Assembly (NCBI GenBank): GCA_973895155.1 | Contig: OZ316895.1 | Coordinates: 742,435-806,434 of the forward strand | Length of the DNA: 64,000 nt | From: Marsupella aquatica | Taxonomy: Eukaryota; Plantae; Marchantiophyta | Direction of reading: 5' to 3' | Part shown: positions 47,682 to 61,406 of the stretch, piece after piece | Numbering within the stretch: position 1 is the first letter of the stretch | Layout: every line of letters begins with the position of its first letter | The notes under the pieces: model-generated | What the model saw: the letters and a program-made list of their open reading frames with translations, nothing else | Database searches by the model: none | Told to the model about the DNA's origin: nothing | Made by a program: the position numbers and the translations under genes

Positions 47682-50264
47682 TGGGCCATATCAACCCACT
47701 TGCGATCAGCCTGATGAATGAGTTTCAAAATGTCTCATCATAAGCAATTTGGCTTGTTCTCGAAAGTAACAACTGAATTCCCATACATCTGTCAATTCTG
47801 GATGTTGCATTGTTCTTGTAGACAATTTGTTGTCCAGGTTGAGATTGGCCCCACTTGAGAGAGTGGATCTGGGGATTATTTAGTGCATTTTTCAGATATC
47901 ACATGTGATCCTTGCAAAATTATAATATTCATACCTTTAAAAGAGATTAATGTTTCTATTTGAAAGTGAATGATCTATGTTATTGTGCAAAAGATGAAAT
48001 AAGGAATATTTTCTATTTGTGTGTTATAAACGCCAGTTTAATTGTAGTTCCAATGCTTTATCAAACATTGGTGAAATTTGGATTAAAGTACATATTGTAG
48101 ATAGCGTGTGGTTCCAAATGTTTCCATACTTTACATGTGAGGGGAGAGGAGGGAAAGGGGAGAGGGAAAGGGTTTATTAGTTAGGTTAATATCTAACTAA
48201 TAAAGTGCAAAGGCCAAGCTGGGTTCTCAACCTCCTGTCTAGAGTGAGTCTAGTAGGACACACCTGACAGGGGTGCAAACCACATGCAAAGACTGATACT
48301 CGGGTTAGTACTTATTCACTCATCACTGTTCTGAATGTCAGCTCGAATTGTATCTTATTTATTCCAAGGCTAGGTGGTGGATTCTACCAGAACAAGATCT
48401 TGTCAATTCATTTCCAGGGAAATCCTTGTAGGTAGATTTGCTGGTCGGCGAGTCCGTGAAGGCATCCTAATTAAAATTTGGGACACATAGAGAATTATCT
48501 GCAGATTGAATGGATTGAGCTGAAATGAAGATCTCATCGAATTTCAGAACTAAAATTGTACAAGGTATTCCGGATTCAAGGCTTTACAAAGTTGTCCAGA
48601 ATGCAGTACTAGGGCGTCTCAAGTTTCAGTGTTAACTCGTGAGCTATGGGTACTGACACAATCCTTGTGACTTCGAGATGTGTTCCGTAGGCTTTTGCTC
48701 AGACATACGTAAGACATGGCCATAAGGAAGCTTCAGAGGCTGGGCACAAAAACACCACAAAAAAAACACTTAACTGACAATGAGAATAGCTACTGTCAAT
48801 AACTGTAAGGTTCGAGCATGCTACGCTTCTTGATGATTGCAACCAGAGTTCCTGTGTTTCCATTGCAGTACAGCAACACTCAGGGCAGGAATACCGAGGC
48901 AGCCTGAGTTTCTTCCCAATACCCCAGAAATGCATGAACCGTTTTTCCCCACTGCTGTGCATTTCTCCAAGAAGGTTTGCAATTCTTGATTGCAACTTTC
49001 ACTGTTTCCTTTAATTAAGAATTGCAAGCATGAAACGTTATTCCTTACTGCTGTGCATTTATCCAAGGACGATTGCAGTTCTTGACTAAAGAACTGCAAG
49101 CCAAGAAGGATTGTCGTTATGGCGGAGTGAACACCGTCCTTATCTGCGGGTTTGGGCTTTCTTCTCGATGGCTTGCGCTTAGACAGGTTGCACTGTAGTA
49201 CGTTTTGGCCGTCCTTCGTCACATGCCCGGATCCTCCACTCCATCGCGTGAACGGCTCATGTTATCAACTATCCTCGGTTGAATGTGTTGTGCAGGCTCA
49301 TGTTATCAAGTATTCCTCGGTTCAGAGTGCGTTATGCAGAGTCTCATGGGCTTTGTTCCCTTCCATCTTTCTCACCAATGATTTGCCTTCTTCCTTGATT
49401 CCCCACGCCCTCATACTCAGATCTCGCTGGTAAGCCAGAATTTGCTCCCTCTTTCCAAATCCACTGCCGACTTGACCAAGGTTAACTAATGGCTTCCTAT
49501 CAATGACAAGTTTTGATTCGCTCCAAAAAGTTTCCCGAGGTGAGACGAAAAAGGCGTTCAGAAGGTCAGTTACTAGAGCCAAAATAATACGAAAAGCATG
49601 TGGATAGCACCAATCGATTGACAGACTTGTCCTTAGTTTAATTATCTCTGATTCAGGCAGGATCCATGTGATAAAAGATCTATTTAAAGATGGCCGTGCC
49701 ATTAACTGGAATACTCATCGAGCACGCCAACTCCGAATGCAGAAGAACTCTGGCTGGCAACATAGCAAACGTTGCTTTGGGTCCTTCCAAAACAGCTCAC
49801 ATGAACCTCCCATTCTGATAATAATCAACAGCCCACTTAAGATTAAAAAAAGGAACCATTTCATTTCCTGTGCAGCTGTTGAAACACCTCAGCAGTCACC
49901 TTCAGTTTCTCTAGTTCCTATACAACCTTCATGAGCACGTGCAGTTTTCGTTTCCTTGCAAAAACTGCGCTTTCTTTAAATTCAATTAAAGGAGTCCCAT
50001 GAATCACATGGTTTCCAGAGTTCCCCACCATTGTTGCCAGGCTAACTACATCAACACAACTCAAGGGTACCCTAAATCGTCCTCACCTTGTGGTGCAGGA
50101 ATAGTCCTTCGACTGACACCTGAAGCATAATTACCTCAGCAAACAGAAGATTCACGAGGACATGCTATCTTCAGGTATGTAGTCACCACAGGAAGTGCAT
50201 ACACCTCTGATTGTGGCCTATAACCGGATTCAAGGTGGCATCTAGACTACCTACCCCTGCTGAG

Positions 50265-52803
50265 TTATCTTTCTTTTAGCTCAGCTTCGAACTGCTCCAA
50301 TTTAGCTCGCACTATTGGCAAATAAGACTTGCAAATGGCATCAGTTAGCCTCCCTTTCTCCGCTGCTGGCACTCCTGACTTCTTTTCGAGATTCACTTCC
50401 ACCTACACAGATCAATGACGCCGAAACGAGTACAGTTCCTCATACTTCAATCTGGAATCAGTTTGCAAACATGCACTGAATAAACCTCAGAAAATTAGAT
50501 ATCCACTAGCTTGGGAGATATTTTTCTCACCTGCAGATCATCTAGCTCCCCATATGTGGCCTCGATTACTTTTAATGTTCCCTCCAAATCCTTTGCCTCA
50601 CCAGAGCTTTGCAACTCACCTGAACACACTCAACGAGAACAGGCACATTGTATTTTCACGACGTACTTGTTGACAAATGGCGATAGACTGAATGGTACCC
50701 TAATAAAAAACTTGAACACATTCAGCCGACTTGCACTGTATGTATCTGGTAAGACCAATTTGACTGGACTGATTAGCATTGCACTCACAACGCAATAGAC
50801 GTCCACTCTTTCGAATACGTTTCTATGAGCTCCATATGCAATAGTATCCGCGGGCGCCATTTTAAAATGACAATAACGATCCGGATTACGTATGTTGCAA
50901 TGGAAAAACTCTTAAAGCTGTACGAGTTTGCATACCTTTGAACTTGATGCAAATGTCAAAAGTGTAGCCAACTCGCTTCTTCTTCCTCACGGTAACAAGT
51001 GTTGCCTGCACCCATGTTCAAATGGGCACCCCCGCCTTGAGAAACTGACCTGAATAACTGGGTGACTAGAGATTCCCCCAGTGTGTCTCTCCCTCCTGAC
51101 CGTCAAACACACATGACTTAGGAGAGAGCCGGAAGGATAAGGCGGCACAAGTCCAGGAATTTAGATGCTGGTCTCCGCTTCTTCCTTCCTAGCTCCACTA
51201 AGATGCAGAAGGCAGATGCCTAAATAGACTTTTTCATGGCGTGTACCCAACCATCCCTGACACTGCCTTACGCTTCCATACGCTAGACAAGTGAAATCCA
51301 CTAGTAGAGCAGACTCATTAAAGGCATCAAAACTACCCTAAATAATCCGTCAATATAATAACTTTTAGAGATCGAGATGTGTGAAGACGTCAAGACACTG
51401 TCAACTGAAAAAAAAAAACAGAAAGACGCACGAAGGCATACATCTCCGGTACAGCTTGAAATTTCTGTAAAACTAGCGCTTCCGTTTGGAAAAGTTGCGG
51501 TGTCAGCACTTTGCAATAACTCCTGCAATGCAATTAAAACCGTACAGGGACATCATGAGAAAGGATACAACAATTACACATACAGCGTGTATTCACACTT
51601 GACAAAGTAAAGAGTCGAATTTCAGAAACGTCAGTAGGATATGCGAGCCTTAGGAGAGTGGCTAGACATTATCAATCCGATATGAGCCCATCCGATCTTT
51701 AAATGAGGCCCGCAATTCAACTCCCTTGCCAACTTGACAACTTCGTCCTTTCTGCAATTTTAGGGTACAGTGTAAATCTACCTTTGCGCTAAATTCTTCA
51801 TCAACATTGTGTACAGACATCCTACAATAAGTCGCAACATTAAGGAGGAGGGAAAACTGGAAGTGGCCACTCTTTCTCTAACCGTACAAATGCAGCTAAG
51901 ATGCACGTGAAAGGCAATTGCTTGCGAAAGGATAAAACATGAGAGACAAGCGTGCATCCAGAGTAACGGGGCATTTTATTTTTTATTTTTTGTGGGGGGT
52001 GGGTTGGGGGGCGGGGTTTGTTGCGGATAATCCCCAAAACACAAGCGAAGTTCCCAACCAGAACAGTTCATACCTTTACTCGATCTAAAGCCCAAGAATT
52101 CAAACTCTTCTCTTCCCAGGTGCCAGCCTGCCAAAAATCCAATTGGGTTATGAGAATCTCGTCAAAGTCATTTCGTAAGGAAAGAAGATTCCTGCATCCT
52201 GAATCGTCACCATTAAAAATAAGAACTGGGTATATTAAGAATTAAGAAACCGTCAAAGAAACGAGCATTTCTCACTTTACATTCTATAAACCAACCACCC
52301 CCCCCCCCCCCCCGCCCAAGAAGTAACTGTTCCATCTCTCAAAATTCCAGTTTTTCCCTAGCGCAGTGTCCAAACGACAATTCCAGCACAACAAACACAA
52401 CGACCAACAAAGCGTCTACAGAGATCAGCAAAAGCTGTTGAAAACTGCGGAACTGGCGACAACTTCCGAATAGTGTTCATTCACATTCACAACTAATCCC
52501 GACTCAAACTCCATGGCAAGACAGAGAGAGTCTCCAAGCTAGCTGGGAACACGAACTCGAGCGAAAAATATGAAACAGACAGACGGAGACGCTGAAATCA
52601 TTTCGAGGAAAAAAACACAAACAATTCAATGTCAGCCAAACGTGCCTCACCTGATTCCAGACTGACCCCAACGGAACAGGGCTTGAGGCATTGTTAGCAA
52701 TGTCATTGTCGGTGAGCTTCCGCGCTATGGGTGCAGGGGCCGCCTGCTGGGTATCCTGCCTCACCCAGTATGTATAACCCGACGCCTTCTTCAGCGCCTC
52801 CAT
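50265..52803 (-). CDS. Activator of Hsp90 ATPase N-terminal (Aha1_N) domain protein, six exons
   Basis: Approximate exons 52803-52651, 52128-52075, 51524-51442, 51005-50936, 50618-50531 and 50402-50265. Translation YTYWVR...GSVWNQ|AGTWEEKSLNSWA...CTGD|ATLVTVRKKKRVGYTF...LEQFEAELKER*. Confidence 0.9.
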
Positions 52804-55800
52804 CTTTCAGTCGCACCCTACCTGTTTCCTTTCTTCCTCCCGCAATTATCCGAAACTACACTGACAACAGTCTGTCTCCAATCGAACACCTGACCGACCT
52901 CAGAATGCCTTGCCCCCACAAAACTCACCAGCAAAAGCAACCACTGGCCAATTACAACTTTCCAGGTGATATCCCGACAAAGTTTACTATCTTCTGCGTC
53001 TGTGTCCTCCTTGCGCTCCGTCTGAAAAGACCAGAGTGCCTCTCCACTATCCAAGCAGCGAACGCAAACCTAGACGGAGAAGCAGGGCAACAAACAAACA
53101 AACAACAAACACACGCAGGAGGTTCTCTTTCCCTCAGCCGTCTCCGGAATATTTCCTTCCTCAGACAAGACCAAGGCCACGCCAGGCCACACTAACTTGC
53201 AGACTTTGCACCACGACAGAAAAACCACCTCCGTCCCTACTCGCCACGCCACAAGAGCCGTGCAGATTCCGTCAGTGTGAACAAGCGCAAATCTGCTGTC
53301 TGTCCACCACCACTCGTCTCTTTCTCTTCGATCAGAGTTTGCAATTCCTACAACCAAACCTCGCCAGAACTCTCTCTGTCTCCACGAGAAATTCTCCAAC
53401 AACAACAACAACAACAACAACGCAAGGACGAGCAGCCAGTGCAGCTACACTCTCTCTCGCCCTCCCCGAGTGGTCTCTCACCGTGGTGTCTCTCGAGGTG
53501 AGTGGTCCAACCACCGCGCAGGCAGGTAGCACGAGGTCCTGAATGTGTAATTGACCTCAGTTGCGAATCGGCAGCAGAGGGAGGCTGTGGGTCTTTCCCG
53601 TAACCTGGGCCTCAGAACACCAACTTCTCCTTCACCGATTCTTCGCGATAATGCGAGGGAGAGGAGAGAGCGCGAGTGTCGAGATGCGAGAGAGAGGAGA
53701 GAGCGCGAGCGTCGAGCGTCGAGATGCGAGAGAGAGAGATGAGAGAAAGCCAGAAAGGGGGCCCGGACTAGAAGCGACATAGAAAGGCCAAAAGAGACGG
53801 TGCTGAGGATGGACGAAGACATTTCTAGAGAGTGATGATGAGAAGTGGAAGTGGCCAAGGGCCGGCCTACCTGATGCGGACGAGCCTCTTCCTTATTTCC
53901 TTAGTGAACACCACGGTGAGAGACTGAATCACTTTCACTATTTTGCCACCCAAATTTTACCATTGAAAATATTGTCATCATAGTTATTTATATTAGTCCC
54001 TTCTTTGAACTTGAATAGTGAAGCACAATAAAAATATCACCAAAATATATTTTTTATTCATATTTTTTGAATGATAAATAAAATTATCATCATTTTAATA
54101 ATTATATATAATATATCATACTCTTTTCTATGCACATTTATTATGGGGTAATTGAACATATTTTTAATGTAATTAAAAATCATAACAAAAAACATGAATT
54201 ATTATTATTTGACATACATCATAATCATGAGTTTTACCATCTACATGATGAACCACTGAGTTATGATCTAGAGGTTTCACTCTAGAAACCTAGGTCACAA
54301 CCCTAGCTTATAGTTGGCATTTTATAAATAAGATTTACAAATATGCCAAGTTTTTATTTGTATTAACAAATATGCCAAGGTTTGGTATATAGATGACAAA
54401 TTCATCGCCCCATGGTCAGTCCCCACCAATAAAGATATTCCAATTGACAATATTGCCACAGTTTGCCATAGTTTTATTTGTACTTGCAAATATGCCAAGG
54501 TTTGGTATTTAGGGGGGCTTTACAAGAAGGTGGCTGCCATTAAGTGTCTCTCCATCCAAAGCAAACTGATAGCCATTTCCTTACACAGAAGTTAAGATGC
54601 CTGAACCAAAATGTGTCAGGTTTGGAAATAATCAATGCAATTCCTTGAAAAAAGCTGCCCTTTGCTCGAGTTTATTACTTGGCTTTTTAAACCACCTCAA
54701 GAGGAGCTCTACATTTTTGACAAAAAAGCTTGCCCACATCAGCAAAAAAGGGGAGCAACAAGGGGCCCACTGACAGAGAGTTGGGTAATGTTTTTGTTTG
54801 ATTGTCCCTCCAAGTTCATGTAAAGTGAAGTATGGCCAGACAGTTCCCACATATGATTGGCTAGGATTGCATCTCACACTTAGGAAAAGTGGAATTTTGC
54901 CACCGAGTCCTTGTAAAGCCACCCTTAATGACGAGTTCACCATCCCCAAGGTAAATCATATACAAAAATTGTGACATATTTGTCAATACAATAAAAATAA
55001 TGGCAATCCACAAATTGGAACAGCTGTAGTGCCAATATAGTTAAAAGCTGTAATTATGATTTACTAACCCAACAACCAAGCCGTGCAGAGTGATGTTGAT
55101 AGTGACTAGTGTTGGGTGCACTTGTTGTTGAGCCCCATCCTTCTCTCTTTAGCAGTTCTTACATTCAATTAGAAAGACTAGTCAAATGTCTTACATTATT
55201 TCACAGTTGTGTCCATTTTTTTGTGTTTACTATGATCATGTGAACAAAGCATGTCGGCTCATGGAGCAACCTAGAACATGAAGCCATTTGGATCTTATAT
55301 AAGTGTTCACCCTACTTCCCTTTAACTTTGAAAAAGAAATCCAATGAGGTTAGCATTGTCAAACATCAATGTGGAGTATCACAGAGAGCACTATTTTCTG
55401 AACTTGTCTTCCCTTCATTGAAAGTCTAACTATGGTGCCAACAAAAATGATTTCAAATTTCTCCTTGACCTCTCAATGAAACATTTTGTCCTTAGAAGTC
55501 TTAGATATATATTTCCAATGAGCCAGATTTAGTCAAGTCCCGAGTCAAGTATCAAAGCTAGAGCTCACAAATTTCTGAATTGTTTTACCCTACCTTTGCT
55601 TGAAAGCTGGCAATGTTGTCGGCAAAAAATGATTTTGCATCTCTCCCTTATCTCTTTATAAAACCTCTCATGCTTAGAATTCTAAGAAAGTGTTTGCTAT
55701 AGCTCTTCAATGACCCTAACAATGCTACAATAGATTTCATCAAATGTTCAAGAGCTCACAAATTTCTGAATTGCTGTGCCCTTCCTTGAAAGTCTATTTA

Positions 55801-55869
55801 TGTCCTCAGCAAAACCTATTTGAAAACTCTCATTCATCTAACCTTTCATGTTTGAACACTTAGAAACAT

Positions 55870-56480
55870 TCCAGAAATACTTTCCAGTGAGTCTAACATT
55901 GGTAGATTTTTTCAAGTACTAAGGATATATGAATGTTTTACTTTCTCTAGCTTGAGCCTACCTTTGGCAGATTTCACCAACTAAGGTTAAGGAGATCATG
56001 AGTTTTTGAATTTCTCTAGCTTCGAAAGCTGGGTCAAAAGCACATAGCATTGGCAGATTGAGTCAAATGCTAAGGAGATCATGAAATTTGGAATTTCTGT
56101 AGTTTTCCAATGAACCTAACATTGATACATTGTGTCAAGTACTTAGAAAATTATGAGTTTCCCAATTTTGTCAGTTTTCCCATGAACCTATTTAACATCT
56201 ACACATTTAGTCTAATTACCAAGGAAATTATGAGCTTCTGAATCTCTTTAGTTTATGAATGAGCCTCACAATGGTATATTCCGTCAAATCTTACGGAGAT
56301 TGTGAATTTTTTGAGTTTATCTTGCTTTTGAATGAGCTTACCATTCCAACTACCATTGACAAATTTAGTCAAGTACTATATAGTGGATTATAAAAGCCTG
56401 ATTTTTTCTAGTTTTCCAATGAGCTTAGCATTGATAGATTTTGTCTAACATTAAAGTGATCATGAATTTATGAAGATCAT
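55870..56480. repeat. Diverged tandem repeat, ~73-77-bp unit
   Basis: Recurring AGTTTTCCAATGARCCTAACATTG...GTCAAGTACTAAGGAGATCATGA-like units. Confidence 0.7.
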
Positions 56481-56661
56481 GAAGTGTTAAGGAGATTTGT
56501 TACTCTACTTTACAATATAATGCCCTAATAGGCGTTCCAACTATTTACATTTGTACCAATTACTTTTCTTTTTCCAAAGCTTGCCAAAAAGACAAAAGTA
56601 CAAACACTATATCACTAATAAGACATAGAGTAGGTTATTTTGTTATACCTGGAGACCCAAT

Positions 56662-57107
56662 TTTTATTTTTATTTTTATTTTATTTTTATTAATAATTAT
56701 TTTTGGAAAAAGGGGGGGCGCTGGGACCCCATCAATACCAGGCAGGGGGCGAAAGCCGCCCAAGCAAAGGAACAAAGAGGGGCAGCGCGCCCAAACAAAC
56801 CAAACCAACCTAGTCAGGCCAAATGGCCTGATACAAACACAGACGCAGACAGTACTTTAAACCTCTAGTCTGCGGATTCCTGCTCTGCTTGTAACAATGG
56901 ATGCTCTTCAATCTTTGTTGAGTCCTGATTTCACTAAGTCTATCCTTGCCCGTGGCGACGTCATTCCAATCAAGGACCTGCCCTCTAACATAGCTAATAG
57001 TCTAGAGAGGGGGAGAACCGACAACCTTCTTATAATACTTGCTAGTCTCTCTGTCGTGGTTTGGTGGCACTATCCCCATATCCGTGTGGTTTGGTGGCAC
57101 TGTCCCC
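56662..57107 (-). mobile_element. 5'-truncated non-LTR retroposed fragment (LINE/SINE-like 3' end)
   Basis: 17-bp TSD ATACCTGGAGACCCAAT at 56645-56661 and 57108-57124. (TAAAAA)n tail on - at ~56662-56690. Confidence 0.8.
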
Positions 57108-58741
57108 ATACCTGGAGACCCAATAATATAAGGACTGTAAAAAGTTTTAAAAAGACACACATTCGCTTTTCATTTTTATATCTTTTTACAGTCATTATAT
57201 TTTACTGGCCATAACTTCTCTAGTAACAAGTTATGGCCATAACTATATGGAGTAGGAGGTCACGGCCGTAACTTCTTTAGTAACAAAAAATATTGATATT
57301 TAGATTATTCTTCAAAAGTAGGGACAGGACAGGTATGGAGAGTCTAGGTATAGAGAGCCTTTCCTGTGCATACACACAGATACTCAAGGATCATTACCAA
57401 GTGACCCTTCAAGTTGCCAAAATTACACAAAAGCCCTGATAGTTCAAAATTACAAGAATAACAGGTCTCAATTTTAGCAATACATCCACATATACCGCAC
57501 TTCCGATATTGTTTGCAATTTTGCAGTGAGTATCATCCAGCATACCCCTTACCAGTCGTATGGTGGACGAGCAAATCTTGGTTTGACCTGTGCAGGCTGG
57601 AGTGCTGAAGCTGAGGCAGCATGGAGGTAGCCAAGAAGGACTGGACCAGGCAAAGAGCTTTGAAGTGTGTGCTAAAATATCTACAGTAATTTGCGTCTTC
57701 CTAATTGCACCCGGGGCTTCTTCCTAAGTGCACTCAGAGTGAGCCAACTGTACATTCTTTACAACTATTCAATGTCACCTAGCATTTGCAACTAGCAAAT
57801 GGGGATCATGTGAAGGGCCACATCATCCAAACTCTTGCAAAATCATGTCAATCCTATTGCTTTTGAGGTGGAAAGTTCTCCAAAGGAGAGATGTTGTGGA
57901 GTATAGGAGGGAAAGCCAGAAAGGCCCTCATAAGTAAGAAGAGTGGAGAAGGAAGATATATCAAAGTGCCATAAAACATGAACACCAAACCGGGAGACAT
58001 GGTCCCAAAGGCAAAGCAACCCAAGAAAGGGAAGGGAGGGAAAAGGCAGCAAGAAGACCAAAGGGGTCAAACTGAAGGAAGAGTATAATGAGTGACGTAC
58101 TATTGGAACTATTTTACTCATATTTTCACATCCAAGAACCTTTACAAAGTGAGCATGTTAAACGCATAGATTTTTAAGGTTGGGATTGCAAAACCCCCTT
58201 ATGGTATATTTGCTGTAACTTCATTGTCTTAATCCCGCTTGTGCATTGAGACCTCATGTGCTAGTGCCAAACTTAGGTGTACTCAACCTGGGACATCAAC
58301 ATTTCCAACCTTATTGTATTTTGGTTTTGGTTATTCATTTTGTTCCATTAATCTATCATTTTTTGAGTTTATTGTCAGTAAGAAATCATGGCCAGCTGAA
58401 ACTCAGCCCTGACCAATCATGGCTCAAAGTCAGACTCAACCCTCACTGGATAACTTTACTAAGCAATAAGGATCAGCAACTGGCAACCCTTAATTAAAAT
58501 CTCCATAAACCCAACAATGAAAGTCAGCTACTCTATAATGTCTTCCATATATAGATCCAATCTGTAACAAAATATATACCCAGTCCTTGGAAGTCATATT
58601 GAATGGGTTGAACCGGATTTTTGCAGCGGGTAACCCAGTCCTTGGAAATCCCATTCAACGAGTTGACCCTGATTTTTTGCATTTTGTTTAGTGGGTTTCC
58701 TGAACTTCCTTACACTTACCAACCTCTACCTCAAGAGAATT

Positions 58742-59187
58742 GAGCATCTCCAACCCAACCGGGTTTTGTTACTGCAACAACTAGCATCTCCACCCCAATG
58801 GGGTTTTGTTTAGGGTTAGGGTAATTGGGAATGACCAAATCCTGTAAAGAAAATGCTAAATCAGGTCCAACCCATTTATTGGAACACTATCAGGTTTTCA
58901 GGTACAGGGTTTTTTGGTTATTGAATTTGTACATGGAAAACATTATACACTAGTTGACTCCTTACTGGCTTGGTTAGTGGATTTTCAAGATTTCAATCTC
59001 CAATTGTGTACCTGCTGTTTGGGGTAATTACCAGTCAAGGTTGCTTTTCAATTGCACATGATAGATATGTAAAGGAACTAAAAGGACATTATTTTGAGTC
59101 TGTATTTCAAGTACCCAGTAAGTAAGACCCCCATTGGATTGGAGCATGTACCCAGTAAGTAAGACCCCCATTGGATTGGAGATGCTC
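58742..59187. mobile_element. Tourist/PIF-Harbinger-like MITE remnant
   Basis: GAGCATCTCCAACCCAA at 58742 and TTGGATTGGAGATGCTC followed by TTA at 59171-59190. Further partial copies at ~58783 and ~59385. The left TSD is not clean. Confidence 0.6.
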
Positions 59188-61406
59188 TTAGGGTTGGGCA
59201 AAACCCTACTAGGGCATGTCAACACTGCGCCATAAAGGAGATACGGGCAGGGACACAACAAGGACATAACTCTTTCCGGGCTATATACTTGCGGCTACCT
59301 AAATACTTGCCCTATAATAAGAATCTTATTTTGAAGCTATAAAACTTTTATTATGGCTGAACTTTGACACACCCTATTGGTGGGTTGGAGATGCTTTTAG
59401 GGGGTGGGAGAGGCTCTTTACTCTTTAGGGTGGAGACCCAGGCAAAATCTCAGCAACCAGCAAAAAGTAAATTCTCCACAGAAATGTCCAGAACGCTAGT
59501 GCTAGTGAGCTGACTAGTGGCAAAACTTGTAAACATACTCAGTGAGAAGTAACACTTTCCATTTGCGCTTCCTCATAATCGGCTGCATCTGCTTCGAGAC
59601 ATTTTCCAACAGCTTCCGTGCATCGCCATCTCTCTCCAGAGTTTTAGTTTCCCATACTGTACTTCACACAATTCCCCCCTTCAATCGACGCGATCGGCAT
59701 CACTCCTTGTCCTCCTGTAGTGTCCTATCTTATTACAATTCACCTCCCAACTCGAAATCTTCTCTGGATACACCCACTCAATCCTTCAGAGCTTCAAGAG
59801 CTTTCCCCTTTACGTAGTCTATGCAAACTTGAGAAATTCAATGCTCCCAAATACGACTTCAAACACTTTCGGAGGTGGATCGTTTATCTTACGATCTCGT
59901 CGTCCTGCTGCGCCAGGATCCTAACAAGTCGTACCAAGTCCTTTTCAGTCTGAAGTCTGGAGCGCTCATCCCACGAAGAATCAGGAGAGCTCTCTACTAT
60001 ACAGTTGGCGCGCCTTTAGCAATGACAAGCATCCTGTTGCAATATGCCTCCAGATTCTGGATAATTTAATAAGCATCATTCTGTAGAACGTTGGTACCAG
60101 TGATGACTCATATCAGAGACTGACACTCAGCAGGCTTGAAAACTTTAGTGGAACCAGCCCTAAGGTGGTTTCCGATCACTTCCCTGCCCTTCCCTTCATA
60201 CCCAACACTTTTTGACATGCGGCGGGACCTACCAACACAGGGGCTCACTCGCTGAATGCTGAGGCGGGCATGCAACAATAGATTTTTCCGAGAATGATGT
60301 CACCCTCAAAGATGACACTGCGATGAGTACGTATACAATCTCGCTCGATTTCTCTCTTGATTGCGTTTCTTAACCTGATCCTTGTCCCGGAATATTTGTG
60401 CTGGGAAACCAGATCCGGATATGCTCGTGCATGCTCCGGAGCACCTCAACTTCAGTGCATCATGTTAAGGAACTTCCCTTGCTCGTTCAACACATACATT
60501 CGAAGAGAATGTTCTAACTTGGGGACTTCGGTTTCCCTAAGATGTAGCTCGAGCTGTTCGACTTGCTATCGGCCATCGTGCTGTGTGGTTCTGTAGGAGA
60601 TGACAATTGTTTTCTAAAGCCCAGCTGGAAGATTTGAAAATTGCGGTGCCCCGTAGCGTGCAGATCACATTTGCACATGGTTCTGAATTGAGCATAGTTG
60701 TACAATTACAGTTCATGTTTTAAACCTAGCTGGGAGATTGCTGTGCCTCTGAGTAGCCAGATCTCACTTCAGGTCGATTGGAGAAGTACAATAGATTTTC
60801 TAAGACCTAGCTGGGAAATCTGAAAATGTCCGTGCCTGAGAAGGTCAGATCTGAATTGAGGATGGTTGCAGAAGTTGAGTAGAGAGGAAGAAGAGTGGCA
60901 GTCAGAGCGATTTGTTGGGGGCAGGCATCGGTGCTATTCTTGAAACTGGCTGCTATGCTGTAGGGAGTAGCGAATGAGGCTCTGCTGCAAGCCGTGTACG
61001 TACGCTGAGATGTCGAGTGACTACGGTCTGTGGCAGCATGACATTCGATTTCTGTCCCGAAATGTCGAACATGAAGGCTGACGTTGCTAAATGGTCGGAA
61101 GAGCTTGTCTCATGTGGCCTAACTGTTTAGAACAAGAGAGAGCCGGTGTGAACCCGAGCCTACGTGGCCACTGATGACTCATCACTCCAACAGGTGAGAC
61201 ACAGTAGTCACAAAGTACGGAGACAGGAGGCGTCCAACCAGAGCTGTTGAGAAGAGCGATGGCGTGAGGAGAAGACCCCACAGGAACTAGCAAGTGAGCA
61301 GGACCGGACAGAGAGTAGTATTATTTGGAAAGAAGACGATTGTATGTGATATAGTGCTCTCGTTTTGCTGCCATCGTGGGGACGGACAGAGAGTGAGCGA
61401 GAGAAG

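Noticed and set aside
52818-53860. Cluster of ORFs upstream of the Aha1 gene
   Set aside because: Low-complexity CT/GA-rich and (CAA)n sequence typical of a 5' UTR, leader intron and promoter; no recognisable domains.
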